DNA of 63,970 bases, the filler included, from Folioceros fuciformis (Eukaryota): NCBI GenBank assembly GCA_049999805.1. It is 11 parts of 10 records of this genome, joined end to end, with 100 filler letters (N's around TTAATTAATTAA, not from the genome) between each part and the next. Parts side by side here need not be neighbours in the genome. Positions count along the whole stretch, not along the records: positions 1 to 9,933 come from JBNGIO010004214.1; positions 10,034 to 25,550 come from JBNGIO010004215.1; 9 more parts are not named here. One strand, written 5' to 3'. Each line of letters starts with the position of its first letter. Positions within the stretch are counted from its first letter, which is position 1. Positions 1 through 10,474 of this stretch are shown here, one piece after another. Under the pieces are notes generated by a model, which was not told where the DNA came from, did not search any database, and saw only the letters and a program-made list of their open reading frames with translations. The position numbers were made by a program, and so were the translations under genes.

Positions 1-1364
1 CTGAGTCCCGGTCCAGTCGGGATCTAGGCCAAATTTTGACGAACTTAGGCCCGCCGTGTCGGCCTAAATTGTGGACAGACGAATCAGAACGAGGGTAACA
101 AATCTACATTTCATTTCGACCATTTTCTAACTAGCCTTTTCGTTTATTTGCATCGATTTTGAAACATGGCATCCTCAGAAAACGTCATGTTCAATATCAA
201 GAAGTTAGATGGTACGAACTTCCCGTTCTGGAAAGAACAAGTGTATAATGTTCTAGTACTGAAGAAGCCGATCAAGCCCATAAAGTTGCTAGGAGTGAAA
301 CCTATTAGCATGACTCACGATGAGTGGCAAGATCTAGATGAGCTTGCTAGATCTACCATCATGTTAACATTGTCGAAGTCGGTCTACTTCAACGTGAAAA
401 GCAAGACCACAAGTTACGAGTTATGGCAGAAGTTGTATGACTTGTATGAGAAGCAAAGTGCGACTTCTCAGATGTACTGGTTGAAACAGCTGGTGAACTT
501 GAAGATGAAGGAAGGGATGAGGATGTCCGATCATCTGAATGAGTTCAATACCATTTCCAGCCAGCTCTCATCTCAAGGTCTCTTGTTCCCAGATTCCGTG
601 AGAGCTATGTTTCTGTTTGTCATATTACCAGAGAGCTGGGACACCTTTCGTACAACTCTGAGTAATTCCGCTTCTGCTAGTGCTCTTACCGTTGTAAATG
701 TAGAAGGTAGTCTGTTAACAGAGGAGGTGAACAGGAAGAATATGGAACCTTCAAAAGGTTCCAATGCCCTCATGGTTAGAGGAAGGTCCACTTCAAGAGG
801 AAGTACACGAAGCGAAGTCGTTCCCGTAGTAAGCCTCGTGGTCGTGACAATGTTGAGTGTTATCATTGTCACAAGAAGGGTCACTTCAAAAGGGACTGCG
901 AAGGCAAGTCCGAGTGTCAAGCTTGACAAGGTGAACTCTGTTGATGATGGAGATGTTCTTACCTCTTCTTCCTTCGATTCTGCACAACTGACAGCCGTGG
1001 AGAGTCACTTATTCTCTAATTGGATAATTGACTCTAGAGCATCTTTCCATGTTACTCCGCATAGGGAGTGGTTTAGCACTTATGATGCTACTAGGAAAGG
1101 ATGGGTTCGACTTGGAAATAACTACGCATGCGAGATTGCAGGAGTTGGTGATGTGCAGCTGAAGTTCGAAAATAGATCTTCATTCGTACTAAAGAATGTT
1201 AGGCATGTTTCGAAGTTGACCAAAAGCATGATTAGCGCAGGGTAGTTGGATGACGCTGGCTACCATTGTTGATTTGGAGATCGTTCTTGGAAGATCTCCA
1301 AAGGTTCTCTTATGTTAGCTCGTGGATCGAAGTGTGGCACTTTGTACTCACTTCAGGTAACCAC

Positions 1365-1517
1365 TGTTAAACCCCATAGTTTATTATAGTAACCCATGGT
1401 CACTGGGTTACCTAGACTAAGATTAAATATATTACTTAGGGTTTAGTATTTAAGACCAACTCTTTGTAATCATAAATAATTATTCAAGTTTGTTGTTCTC
1501 TCCAAGCAATATTGTCA
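1365..1517 (+). repeat. 5' LTR of element B (153 bp)
   Basis: Direct repeat of 8398-8549 with about 9 substitutions and 1 indel by manual count; followed by a Met-tRNAi PBS. Confidence 0.95.
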
Positions 1518-1528
1518 TGGTATCAGAG
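1518..1528 (+). promoter_or_regulatory. Primer-binding site (initiator Met-tRNA) of element B
   Basis: TGGTATCAGAG immediately after the LTR-terminal CA. Confidence 0.92.
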
Positions 1529-1593
1529 AGTGATATTATCTATCTTCCGCTGCATTGCTAAGAGAGACATGCATACATTTCCTACGCTGGAAA

Positions 1594-2118
1594 ATGCCTC
1601 GCCGCAATAGGAACCGTGTGCCTACAAACAGGAGTTTCTTCAATTTAATCACTAATAGATATATCAGAGAGAGGGATCGTCTAAGGCGCACAAGCCGACT
1701 ATCACGATCAACTTCATTAAATAGAACTCCTGCTCAGCCACAGGCTCCGTGGCGTAATCGGCCTTCTACACCTCCAAATTACCCTGCAATACTGAATAGG
1801 TTTAGGGTATCACAGGATAGAAGGAATTCACAAAGAACACAGGGCGGTGAGCAACCTTGCAGCCAAGGCAATCAAATAGAGAAAGCCTCACGGCGATTTC
1901 TACTTAGTGAAATCTATGACGAACCCATTGTTACCTTAGGAGATTTGCAAGTGTTGCTGTTTAGACACACAACTCGTAGTCAGGCAATTATGGGACAGAT
2001 TTTCCTGGAAATCAACGCCATTAAACAGCAATTGGATGCCCTGGTGAAGCAATTCAGCGAGAATCTAGAATTGAGCGACAGCCCCATATTTGATGGGCAT
2101 CGCCACACGATCTTGTGA
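1594..2118 (+). CDS. ORF0 of element B: 174-aa Arg-rich protein with C-terminal coiled-coil-like helix, unknown function
   Basis: Uninterrupted ORF from ATG 1594 (MPRRNRNRVPT...), between PBS and gag; positional and sequence counterpart at 22467-23036. Confidence 0.7.
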   Translation: MPRRNRNRVPTNRSFFNLITNRYIRERDRLRRTSRLSRSTSLNRTPAQPQAPWRNRPSTPPNYPAILNRFRVSQDRRNSQRTQGGEQPCSQGNQIEKASRRFLLSEIYDEPIVTLGDLQVLLFRHTTRSQAIMGQIFLEINAIKQQLDALVKQFSENLELSDSPIFDGHRHTIL

Positions 2119-2708
2119 ACTTTAGTGGGCATTGCCCGGCCTCCCTACCCAGCAATTTCTGATAAATTTGCCAAAAAAGAAGAAAAGGATGGGAGATTCC
2201 AAGTGTCGTGAGCTAGAAATTGAAAGGACACCAATCAAGTTGAAGGGGCACGGTGAACAGAAGGTTTAATTAATTATTAATTATCAATAATTGTTTAATT
2301 AAGCAAGGCCCGAAGTTCACGCGTTGCTCCCTATTGCCACTCAACCGTCAACTAGTGGCCACCCTTTCACCTTCCCGCGATCGTCAGGCAAACAAGGTTT
2401 CTTCTCCAACTTGCTTGAGGCAAGGCTCGATCTGTGCATCCAGAAGTACTAGAATTCCAGACTGGAGAGTTTCCGGACAGGGTCCAATTTGCGCACCAGG
2501 CCAGGCTTAGATCTTTGCACCAAGGTTTCGCGTCTCTATGCGCACCTAGGAACGGGATTGCACGCAGGATNNNNNNNNNNNNNNNNNNNNNNNNNNNNNN
2601 NNNNNNNNNNNNNNNNNNNNNNNNNNNNNNNNNNNNNNNNNNNNNNNNNNNNNNNNNNNNNNNNNNNNNNGGACCAGGTTTAGTTCACCTTGAACATTTG
2701 CATAAGGA

Positions 2709-3095
2709 GCACGGCCTCACGGCAGGATCCCTGCCTCCTGGCCGCACGGCCTCACGGCAGGATCCCTGCCTCCTGGCCGCACGGCCTCACGGCCTCACGT
2801 ACAAATGATCTGCCGCACTGCTTCTGGATCGGGATCAGCACCCGGCGCACGGAGCGATCAGGATCTGCCGCACGGCCCTTGGTTACACATCTGGTGCCCA
2901 TCACACAGCCCGTAGCCACAGCCTGTACCACATAGGGTTCTCGATCAGCCACAGCCAGCGCGCCCAGGATCAGCCAGCCTCGTACTCACAGGATCAGGCT
3001 CACGGCGCATCCAGGATCAGCCGCCTTAGCCGCACGGCCCAGGATCTGCCGCATAGCCCAGGATCAGCCGCACGGAGTGGAGGATCAGCCCAGAT
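2709..3095 (+). repeat. Tandem and degenerate repeats in the leader of element B
   Basis: 35-bp unit GCACGGCCTCACGGCAGGATCCCTGCCTCCTGGCC x2 plus a partial copy (2709-2798), then recurring CAGGATCAGCC/GCCGCACGG motifs. Confidence 0.8.
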
Positions 3096-3249
3096 ATCTC
3101 TTGCACGTCGCAGCCCACTGAGTGCGCTTGGAAATTTTCTGCACACACCATTCCACACACACTTCTCGTGGATTCTCGTGCGACAGTTAACTTCAAATTG
3201 CTGGAAATTCAGGCAGCCAAGGCTCGGATGGCGAGGACGGCAACGCTGA

Positions 3250-6200
3250 TCCCGAATTCCCGGCAGGAGGCCATGCTACGGATGCGGGCGCCGCCTCCGG
3301 AGTTGCTGGGTCGGCCCCGACTCTTCCGCACAGCCCGTTTTTGGCCAGACAGCATTTGGCTCCCTCCTATCACAAGGAAACTCAACAACATCAACATCAG
3401 GCTGGACCTCCGCTGGAAATTTTTCTAATTTTGCACCTGGACCCTTCTCAACAGGGTCAGGAGGAGGCACAGGATCAAACTTTACTTTCACTGGGGCTGG
3501 AGCAGGATTTTCTTCAGCACAAGCATCAGGTTCAACCCACCCAGGTTTCCCTCAAGCACGGTATTACAACCCACTGCCAAGCTACGGAGCTGGACTTGGG
3601 AATCCACTGCCTACCACAGGAGCTGGACTTGGGAATCCACTGCCTACCTCAGGAGCTGGATTCGCCAACCCACTGCCGACGTTTGGAGCTGGATTTGGGA
3701 ATCCCTTGAGTGGATACGGAACTGGTCTTGGACAAGGAACCGGGCTCATGCAAGGATCCTTGCAGTCACAGCAGCTTGCATGAGCCCTTGCAGTCACAGC
3801 AGCCTGGTCTGGGTACAGTGCTCACAAATCCTGTACATGCACTGCCAATAGCCTATCAGCCTTCTTACACGATTGAGTTCAAGGAGCGGGATAGGTTTAA
3901 CGGGACTACATATCCCGTTTGGAGTGTCCGCATGCGTGCTGCACTAGATGCACGGCATGTGTGGGGTGTTGTTAGTGGACAGATTCAGCCACCTGCAGCT
4001 ACTGCTCCACAAATTGATCAGGAGAGATGGGAGAATGCCAACAACGTAGCCCGAGCCCTCCTCATTAGTGGGCTTGATGAAGTGTTAGTGCCAAACGTCG
4101 CTTTCCTTACCAAGGCCAAGGACATATGGACACAACTTGCACAAACATACGATGTGAAGAATGTACTCACCTTATGTGCTGTCAGAAGTGAGCTGTTTAC
4201 TCTTCGCATGCGTGATGGTGATAAAGTTGCTGCCTTTGTTGGAAAGTTCAGGCAACTCAGAGCTACTTTGATTTCACTTGGTTTTCCCATACCTGAGCTT
4301 GATGCTATAGTATAGCTTTTGACCAGCCTTCCCACAAGCTATCAGTCTTTTGTCACTAGCTATGGTGCCACACTTCGTGATGCTGGTAGGGCTGCAGCAG
4401 TCGGTCAGCCCGTGATGATTAGCTTTGCGGGTGTAGTTGGAGCCCTCCTTCAGGAAGAGCAGTCTCGCAACACATCGCACTTTAATTCTGGTAGGACCAA
4501 AACTGACAAGGTTCTCTCTACATCCAAGTTCCGCCCCAAAGGCCGCGGCAAGCTTACTACAGCTGGCCCTTCTAAGGATTCCAAGTCAGGACAAGTCAAG
4601 AGGACAGGTGCCTGTAATTGGTGCGGGATCCCTTGGTCATTGGGAACGAGAATGTAGAAAGAAAAAGGCTGGAGAATCTAAGAAAGCCGAGAAGACTCCT
4701 CAAGCTCATTCAGTCTCCAAGCCTTTTAAGGCCAGCACCTCGAGCAAGCCTCCCGTTGTTATGACAGTTTGTCTTTCCACTGCTTCCAGGGTGGATGACT
4801 TTTGGTATTTGCATTCCGGAGCAACGACACACATCTGTCACAACCGAACTTTGATGAGCAATTTTGTTCGTTGCACACTGCTGAACGGGTACTTTTGGGA
4901 GATGAGCTTATCAGAACAGGACTCAAGGTTCTTGGACGCGGCTCCTGCTATCTTCAATCATCTGATGGAGAACTCCTTCGACTTGACAACGTCCTCTATG
5001 TGCTTGATATGGCCAAGCACCTTCTGTCAGTGAGCCAGCTTATGCAGCTTAAACATTTTCAACTAACTTTTACTTCTAACGGCTGCATGCTCACCACCTT
5101 TGGTCCTTCACCTTCCCTGGTTGCTAAGGGCTTGCTAGAGCATGATTTATATAGGCTAGATGTGTTTTGTGTACCTTCCAAGAGTGCCCGTGTGGCTGAG
5201 AGGTCTCAGACAGCTTTAGCTCAGTTGTGGCATGCCCGTTTGGGCCATGCTAACAAGGATAAACTCATAAAAATGTCCAACTTAGAATGTTATAGAGAAC
5301 CACTACCTAAGTGTTTTAAGGACCTTCCCATATGTGATTCCTGCATATTAGCCAAGCAGAAAGAACTCCCGTTCCCAACCACTGTAGCTACATGGACCAC
5401 ATCAGTCCTATACCTAGTTCATCTGGGAAAATACATGTTCCTTCTTTAGGTGGTTCCCTCTATTATCTCACACTTACGGATGACTTTAGCCGTTATTCGT
5501 GGACCTTTCCCATGAAGAAGAAGTCAGACACTTTTGTCTATTTTCAAGAATGGCTTACCACAGTTTTGAGACAGACAGGCTGCTTTCTCAAATGTTTGAG
5601 GTCGGACAATGGTACTGAGTTTGTGAATGGCCCTTTTGATGAGTACTTAACTTGACAAGGGATCATTCGGCAACTGAGCATTCCGTACACTCAGCAACAA
5701 AACGGTGTTGCTGAGCGCCGAAACCAAACCTTGCTTAGCATGACTCGGAGTATGCTGGCTTGGTCTGGCTTGAGTAAGGCGTATTGGGCGGAGGTAGTTG
5801 TGACTGCCACCTACATACTCAATAGGTTGCTTACCACAACTGTTCATGATTGTACACCTTTTGAACGGATCTGGAAATGCAAGCCTAGCTTGCTCCATCT
5901 CCGTGTGTTTGGCTCCCCTGCATATGCCTATATCCGTGAGGAACAAAGGAAGAAGCTGGAAGATCGAGCTCGACCCCTTATTTTTGTTGGATATGGTGAG
6001 GAGACGAAGGCCTACAAGTTGTATGACCCCTCCACCAGATCCTCAATCTTTGCTCGGAGCGTCACTTTCAAGGAGCTCACTCAACCAGCTACGACATCTT
6101 CTCTTGCTTCTACCCCTGCTCCTCACTTCGATGATGCGGATTTTGATGCCCCTCCCACAGAGTATCCTCAATATGCTGCTTACGAACCGCCACCTCTCCC

Positions 6201-8254
6201 TCGTTTTGATCAATAGGCAGCTAGCAGTTCAGGGGGTGGAATTCCCGCATATGTGCAGGTTCCCGTGCAAGCACTTGCACCACCAACTCCTGCACCCACA
6301 GCTACAGTTGGTGCTGATCCTGTTGTGGATTTTCCTGAGTAGCAGGATGCAGAACTTGAGCAGGATGCTGATCAAGAATTTGACACACAACATGTGGACA
6401 TCCATCCTGATGCTCCTGACCAGCCAGAAGATGAACTTGAGCTAGCAGTCCTTCCAGAGTCTGAGATACAACTAGTCGAGAAGACACTTCCTGAATCTGC
6501 AGTCAAGGAACGGAGGTACCCTACAAGATCTCATCCTGCACGAGACAACTGGAACACAAGACCATATGAACCAAAGGAAGTTCCAAGACCATATGAACCA
6601 GAGGATTTTCGTCTTCCTCGATCTGCAAGGCTATGTGAAGCCTTCTCTACAAGCACTGCTCATCCAGCAGAACCTCGCACATACAGAGAAGCTATCACCG
6701 CTCAGGATAAGGCTCATTGGATTCCATCCATTCGGGATGAGTACGACTCACTAATGAAGAATGAAACATGGGAGCTTTGCCCCCTACCTGCTAGAAGGAG
6801 AATGGTAAGTTGCAAGTGGGTTTTCAAACACAAACTCAACGCCAAAGGTGAAATAGCACGTTATAAATCACGACTTATGCTCGTGGATTTTCTCAATTAG
6901 CAGGTGTTGATTTTAACGAAACTTTTAGCCCGATTGTGAAGACTCAATCTATCCGGATGCTGTTAGCCTTAGCTGCAGCCAGGGATTGGGATCTGGAACA
7001 AATGGATGTCTCCACAACTTTCCTCTATGGTGATTTGGAGGAAGATATTTATATGGATTAGCTCGAGGGCTTCGTGGATCCTGAGCACCCAAATTGGGTA
7101 TGTAAGCTTAAGAAGGCCTTATATGGGCTCAAACAGAGTGCCCGTGAGTGGTATAAATGCATAGACAAGTATCTTCGCTCTATAGGCTTCCTGCAAAACC
7201 CAGCAGATTCTAATGTGTATGTCTACCCCAAGGGTGGTAATATAGTTGTTTTAGCTCTTTATGTAGTTGATGCCATCTTGGCGTCAAATAATTGAGAGCT
7301 GTTAGATTGGGCTAAGGGCATGCTTCATAAATAGTATGATATGAAAGATATTGGCCCTCTCACTTTTGTTCTAGGCGTACAGCTTCTTAGGAACAGGGAA
7401 ACACGTACTTTGGTTCTTCATCAAACCAAGTTCATCAAAGAGACACTTCGACGTTTTAATCTTCAGGATGCTAAGCCAGTTAGTACTCCTGGATGTGTTG
7501 GTGTTAAGCTTGCTACTCTTCAATGTCCTCAGGATAATTATGATCAAGAAGCCATGAGCCAGATTCCTTATCGGCATGCTATGGGCTGCCTCAACTATAT
7601 CAGCTGCTGGACACGACCTGACATCCAACATTCTGTGAGTGCAGTCTCACAATATCTTGAGAATCCTGGCCAAGAACACTAGACAGCCGTTAAACGGATT
7701 TTAAGATATCTAAAAGGGACTTCTACCTACCTTTGGACTTTGTTTTCAAGGGCAAGACAATGACGTCACCTTGGCGGGATATGCTGATGCGGATTGGGCG
7801 ACTGACCCGGATCAACGTAAAAGCATCTCTGCATATTGCTTCCTTCTATATGGTGTAGCCGTCAATTGGAGTTTGAAGAAGCAAACATCCATCGCTCTTT
7901 CATCCACCGAGGCCGAATATAAGGCCCTTACGGATTCAGCCAAGGAGGCCGAATAGGAGCGGACTTTCCTTGCTGGTTTGAATCTTCCACAGGCTATTCC
8001 TACAACCATTTTTCTGTGACAAGATGTCAGCTATAGCGTTGGTAGGGAATCCTCGGTTTCACGTGCGCACCAAACACATAGAAATTCACCATCATTTTGT
8101 TCGACATTCTGTGGAGCGCAAGGTGATCAAGATCGAGTATATATCAATAGAGTTAAACATAGCTGATATGCTTACAAAGAGCTTACCAACAAACAAGCAT
8201 GTCTTCCACATGGAGGCAATGGGCCTGGTAGAGTATTCTTCCTATTTGCCTTGA
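3250..8254 (+). pseudogene. gag-pol of element B (low-complexity N-terminal extension, Gag, CCHC knuckle, PR, INT, RT, RH), multiply disrupted
   Basis: [92 protein letters not shown]; many TAG/TGA stops and frameshifts. Confidence 0.92.
3568..3732 (+). repeat. 33-bp coding minisatellite x5 (NPLPxxGAGLG-type 11-aa unit)
   Basis: Units start at 3568, 3601, 3634, 3667, 3700; frame 1 reads NPLPSYGAGLG/NPLPTTGAGLG/NPLPTSGAGFA/NPLPTFGAGFG/NPLSGYGTGLG. Confidence 0.88.
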
Positions 8255-8397
8255 GTTGCAGGTGGAGGCGTTGGATGCTGGATGGATGAAGCTTACTGCA
8301 CACCTAATCATCCAACACTCAGCTTGTTTTCTACTTCGGCCATCTTTGTTTTTTTGTCTATGCCCTTGGTGTAACCAGCGTCGTGGTTAAGGGGGTG

Positions 8398-8549
8398 TGT
8401 TAAACCCCATAGTTTATTATAGTAACCACGGTCACTAGGTTACCTAGTCTAGGGTTAAATATATTACTTAGGGTTTAGTGTTTAAGACCAACTCTCTGTA
8501 ATCATTAATAATTATTCAAGTTTGTTGTTCTCTCCAAGCAATATTATCA
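8398..8549 (+). repeat. 3' LTR of element B (152 bp)
   Basis: Follows the PPT; matches 1365-1517; followed by TSD ACCAC. Confidence 0.95.
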
Positions 8550-9933
8550 ACCACTGTCAAGGATCATGTGATTTGTGTGACGGAATAGCCAAGTGTTTCC
8601 TTGTGGCATAGTCGGATAGGACATATGTCTCAAAAAGGAATGAAGATCCTATCTTGTTTTGGTTACGTCCGTGCTTTTGACTTCTCTGATTTCTCCGTGT
8701 GTGAGCACTGTTTGAATGGGAAACAGACAAAGTCACCGCATGGAGCAAGAGGTAAACACAAAAGTATACCTCTTGAATTAGTGGGTTTATCCTTTGAGGA
8801 AAAAGGATGATCGTGTGACAGTGTTTCAGAAATTCGTCACCCTTGTGGAGAATCAGTCTGGCCTCCGACTCAAGTGTTTGAGGACAGACAATGGGGGAGA
8901 GTACGTTTCGAAGGCTTTCCAATCATTTTATGATTCCAAGGGAATCAAGAGAGAATTGATTACGCCTTATACTCCTCCCCAGAATGGTGTGGCTGAACGG
9001 ATGAACAAGACCATTCAGGAGAGGATGCGTAGTTTGTTGTCAAACTCTGGATTGCCTAACGGATTTTGGGCAGAAGCAGTGGTTACTGCAGTGCATCTTA
9101 TTAACAGATCTCCTAATAGGGCTGTGGATGAACAGGTTCCAGAGGAGATGTGGTCTGGAAAGAAGCCGTCATACAAGCATCTATGAGTGTTTGACTGAGA
9201 GGCTTACTACCATGTTCCGAAGGAGTTTCGGGACAAGTTGGCTCCTAAGTCAAGAAAATGTATTTTTCTTAGATATGGTGAATCTGGTGAGATGGGATAC
9301 CATTTGTGGGATCCAGAGACCAAGAGGATGGTTCGCAGCAATGACGTGTTCTTCAATGAGACCAAGATGCACAAGAAGCCTATTCCAATTGTGGAGGTGC
9401 GACAGGTGGTCTTCCAAGAAGATGGATTTGACCGTCTTGCGCAGGTTGAACGTCATGATGTCCAGGAACAAGTTCCTCCACTTATAGAAGAGGAGAGAGT
9501 GCAACCAGCTCCGGTCGAGGCGCCAATGCTTCGTAGGTCAAGAAGGATCTCACGTCCTCCTGACAAGTATCAGGTATGTTGCATCTCTTGATTATGTCAT
9601 GCTGACGGATTGTGGGCAGCTCTCTTGTTACCAAGAGGCCATGTCAGTGACTGACAAGGACAAGTGGGAGAAGGCGATGCAGTCGCAAATGGATTCGCTC
9701 CACAAGAACCAAACTTGGGAGTTGGTTCGGTTGCCTAGGGGCAAGAAGGCGTTGCCGTGCAAATGGGTGTATAAGATGAAGGACATACCCCATTATGGCA
9801 AACCCAAGTACAAGGCACAATTAGTTGCTAAGGGTTTTAAGCAACAGCAAGGTATTGACTTTGATGAGATTTTCTCACCAGTTGTCAAAATGACCACCTT
9901 GCGATGTGTTCTTGGTCTGGTTGCGAGGCACGA

Positions 9934-10033
9934 NNNNNNNNNNNNNNNNNNNNNNNNNNNNNNNNNNNNNNNNNNNNTTAATTAATTAANNNNNNNNNNN
10001 NNNNNNNNNNNNNNNNNNNNNNNNNNNNNNNNN
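9934..10033. other. Artificial scaffold linker N44-TTAATTAATTAA-N44 (also 25551-25650, 39261-39360, 44680-44779, 51721-51820, 55873-55972, 57787-57886, 59339-59438, 60789-60888, 62735-62834)
   Basis: Identical 100-nt structure at ten places; the core gives stops in all six frames; flanking sequences are unrelated. Confidence 0.97.
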
Positions 10034-10474
10034 TGTGTTCCCTTCTTTCTCTTCTTTGGGGTTAGTCTAGTGACTCTTGCTGGGTAGGAGGAGTCAATAG
10101 GGAAGTGTAGAAGGTAGTGGTGTCGTTGTTAGTTGCTGGTGTTGGTGCTGGAGTGAGAGAGCGAGTGAAGTGAGTGAGGGAAGTCGCAGATCTGAGAGGT
10201 TAGGGTCGTTGTAGTGACTGGAGTGAGTTTGTGGGCACCAAGAGAGGTGCAGTTGACTGCTGGATAGCGAGGCTTGTCCTACGCCTGATCGGAGCTGGAG
10301 GGGAGCCCTCGAATCCATCATCGAGTCGATTAAGTCCGACCCTCCATCCACAGCAGCAAGGAACCCCATCGCTCCTTCGTGGGAACGGAACCCAATGTCT
10401 CAACGACAGTGGGGTAATGTGGCCACTAAAGGTGGAACCCGTCGGCAATCAGTGCCCGGGGTTTTGCCTCCACA
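10034..10474 (-). mobile_element. LTR-like end of element family F inserted in gag of element E
   Basis: Begins TGTGGAGGCAAAACCCCGGG on the minus strand exactly where the E Gag frame breaks (QSSK|CGGK); a second copy begins at 51081 on +. Confidence 0.8.

Larger units (their letters stand above)
1365..8549 (+). mobile_element. Full-length Ty1/copia element B (divergent lineage, carries extra ORF0), nested in A
   Basis: LTRs 1365-1517 and 8398-8549 (TG...CA); 5-bp TSD ACCAC at 1360-1364 and 8550-8554; PBS TGGTATCAGAG 1518-1528; PPT AAGGGGGTG 8389-8397; order gag-PR-INT-RT-RH. Confidence 0.96.
166..9933 (+). mobile_element. Ty1/copia element A (Tnt1/Tork-like family), decayed gag-pol, interrupted by element B at 1365-8549; both ends outside the scaffold
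   Basis: Gag start MASSENVMFNIKKLDGTNFPFWKEQ; protease WIIDSRASFH; after the insertion GAG-pre-integrase WHSRIGH..CEHC, integrase RTDNGGEY/PPQNGVAERMN, RT start [11 protein letters not shown]. Removing B and one TSD restores the sequence seen in copy J (50811-50840). Stops, frameshifts and internal deletions (~900, ~8781) relative to copy C. Confidence 0.95.

Noticed and set aside
573-929. Recurrent antisense ORFs inside gag/pol (also 12843-13121, 50057-50260)
   Set aside because: Shadows of the coding strand, repeated only because the elements are near-identical copies.
1594-2118. ORF0 as an env-like gene
   Set aside because: It is upstream of gag rather than after pol, and shows no signal peptide or transmembrane segment.
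9978-9989. Recurring TTAATTAATTAA palindrome
   Set aside because: Always centred in an identical 100-nt N block: an artificial six-frame-stop linker. Adjacency across it has no biological meaning.
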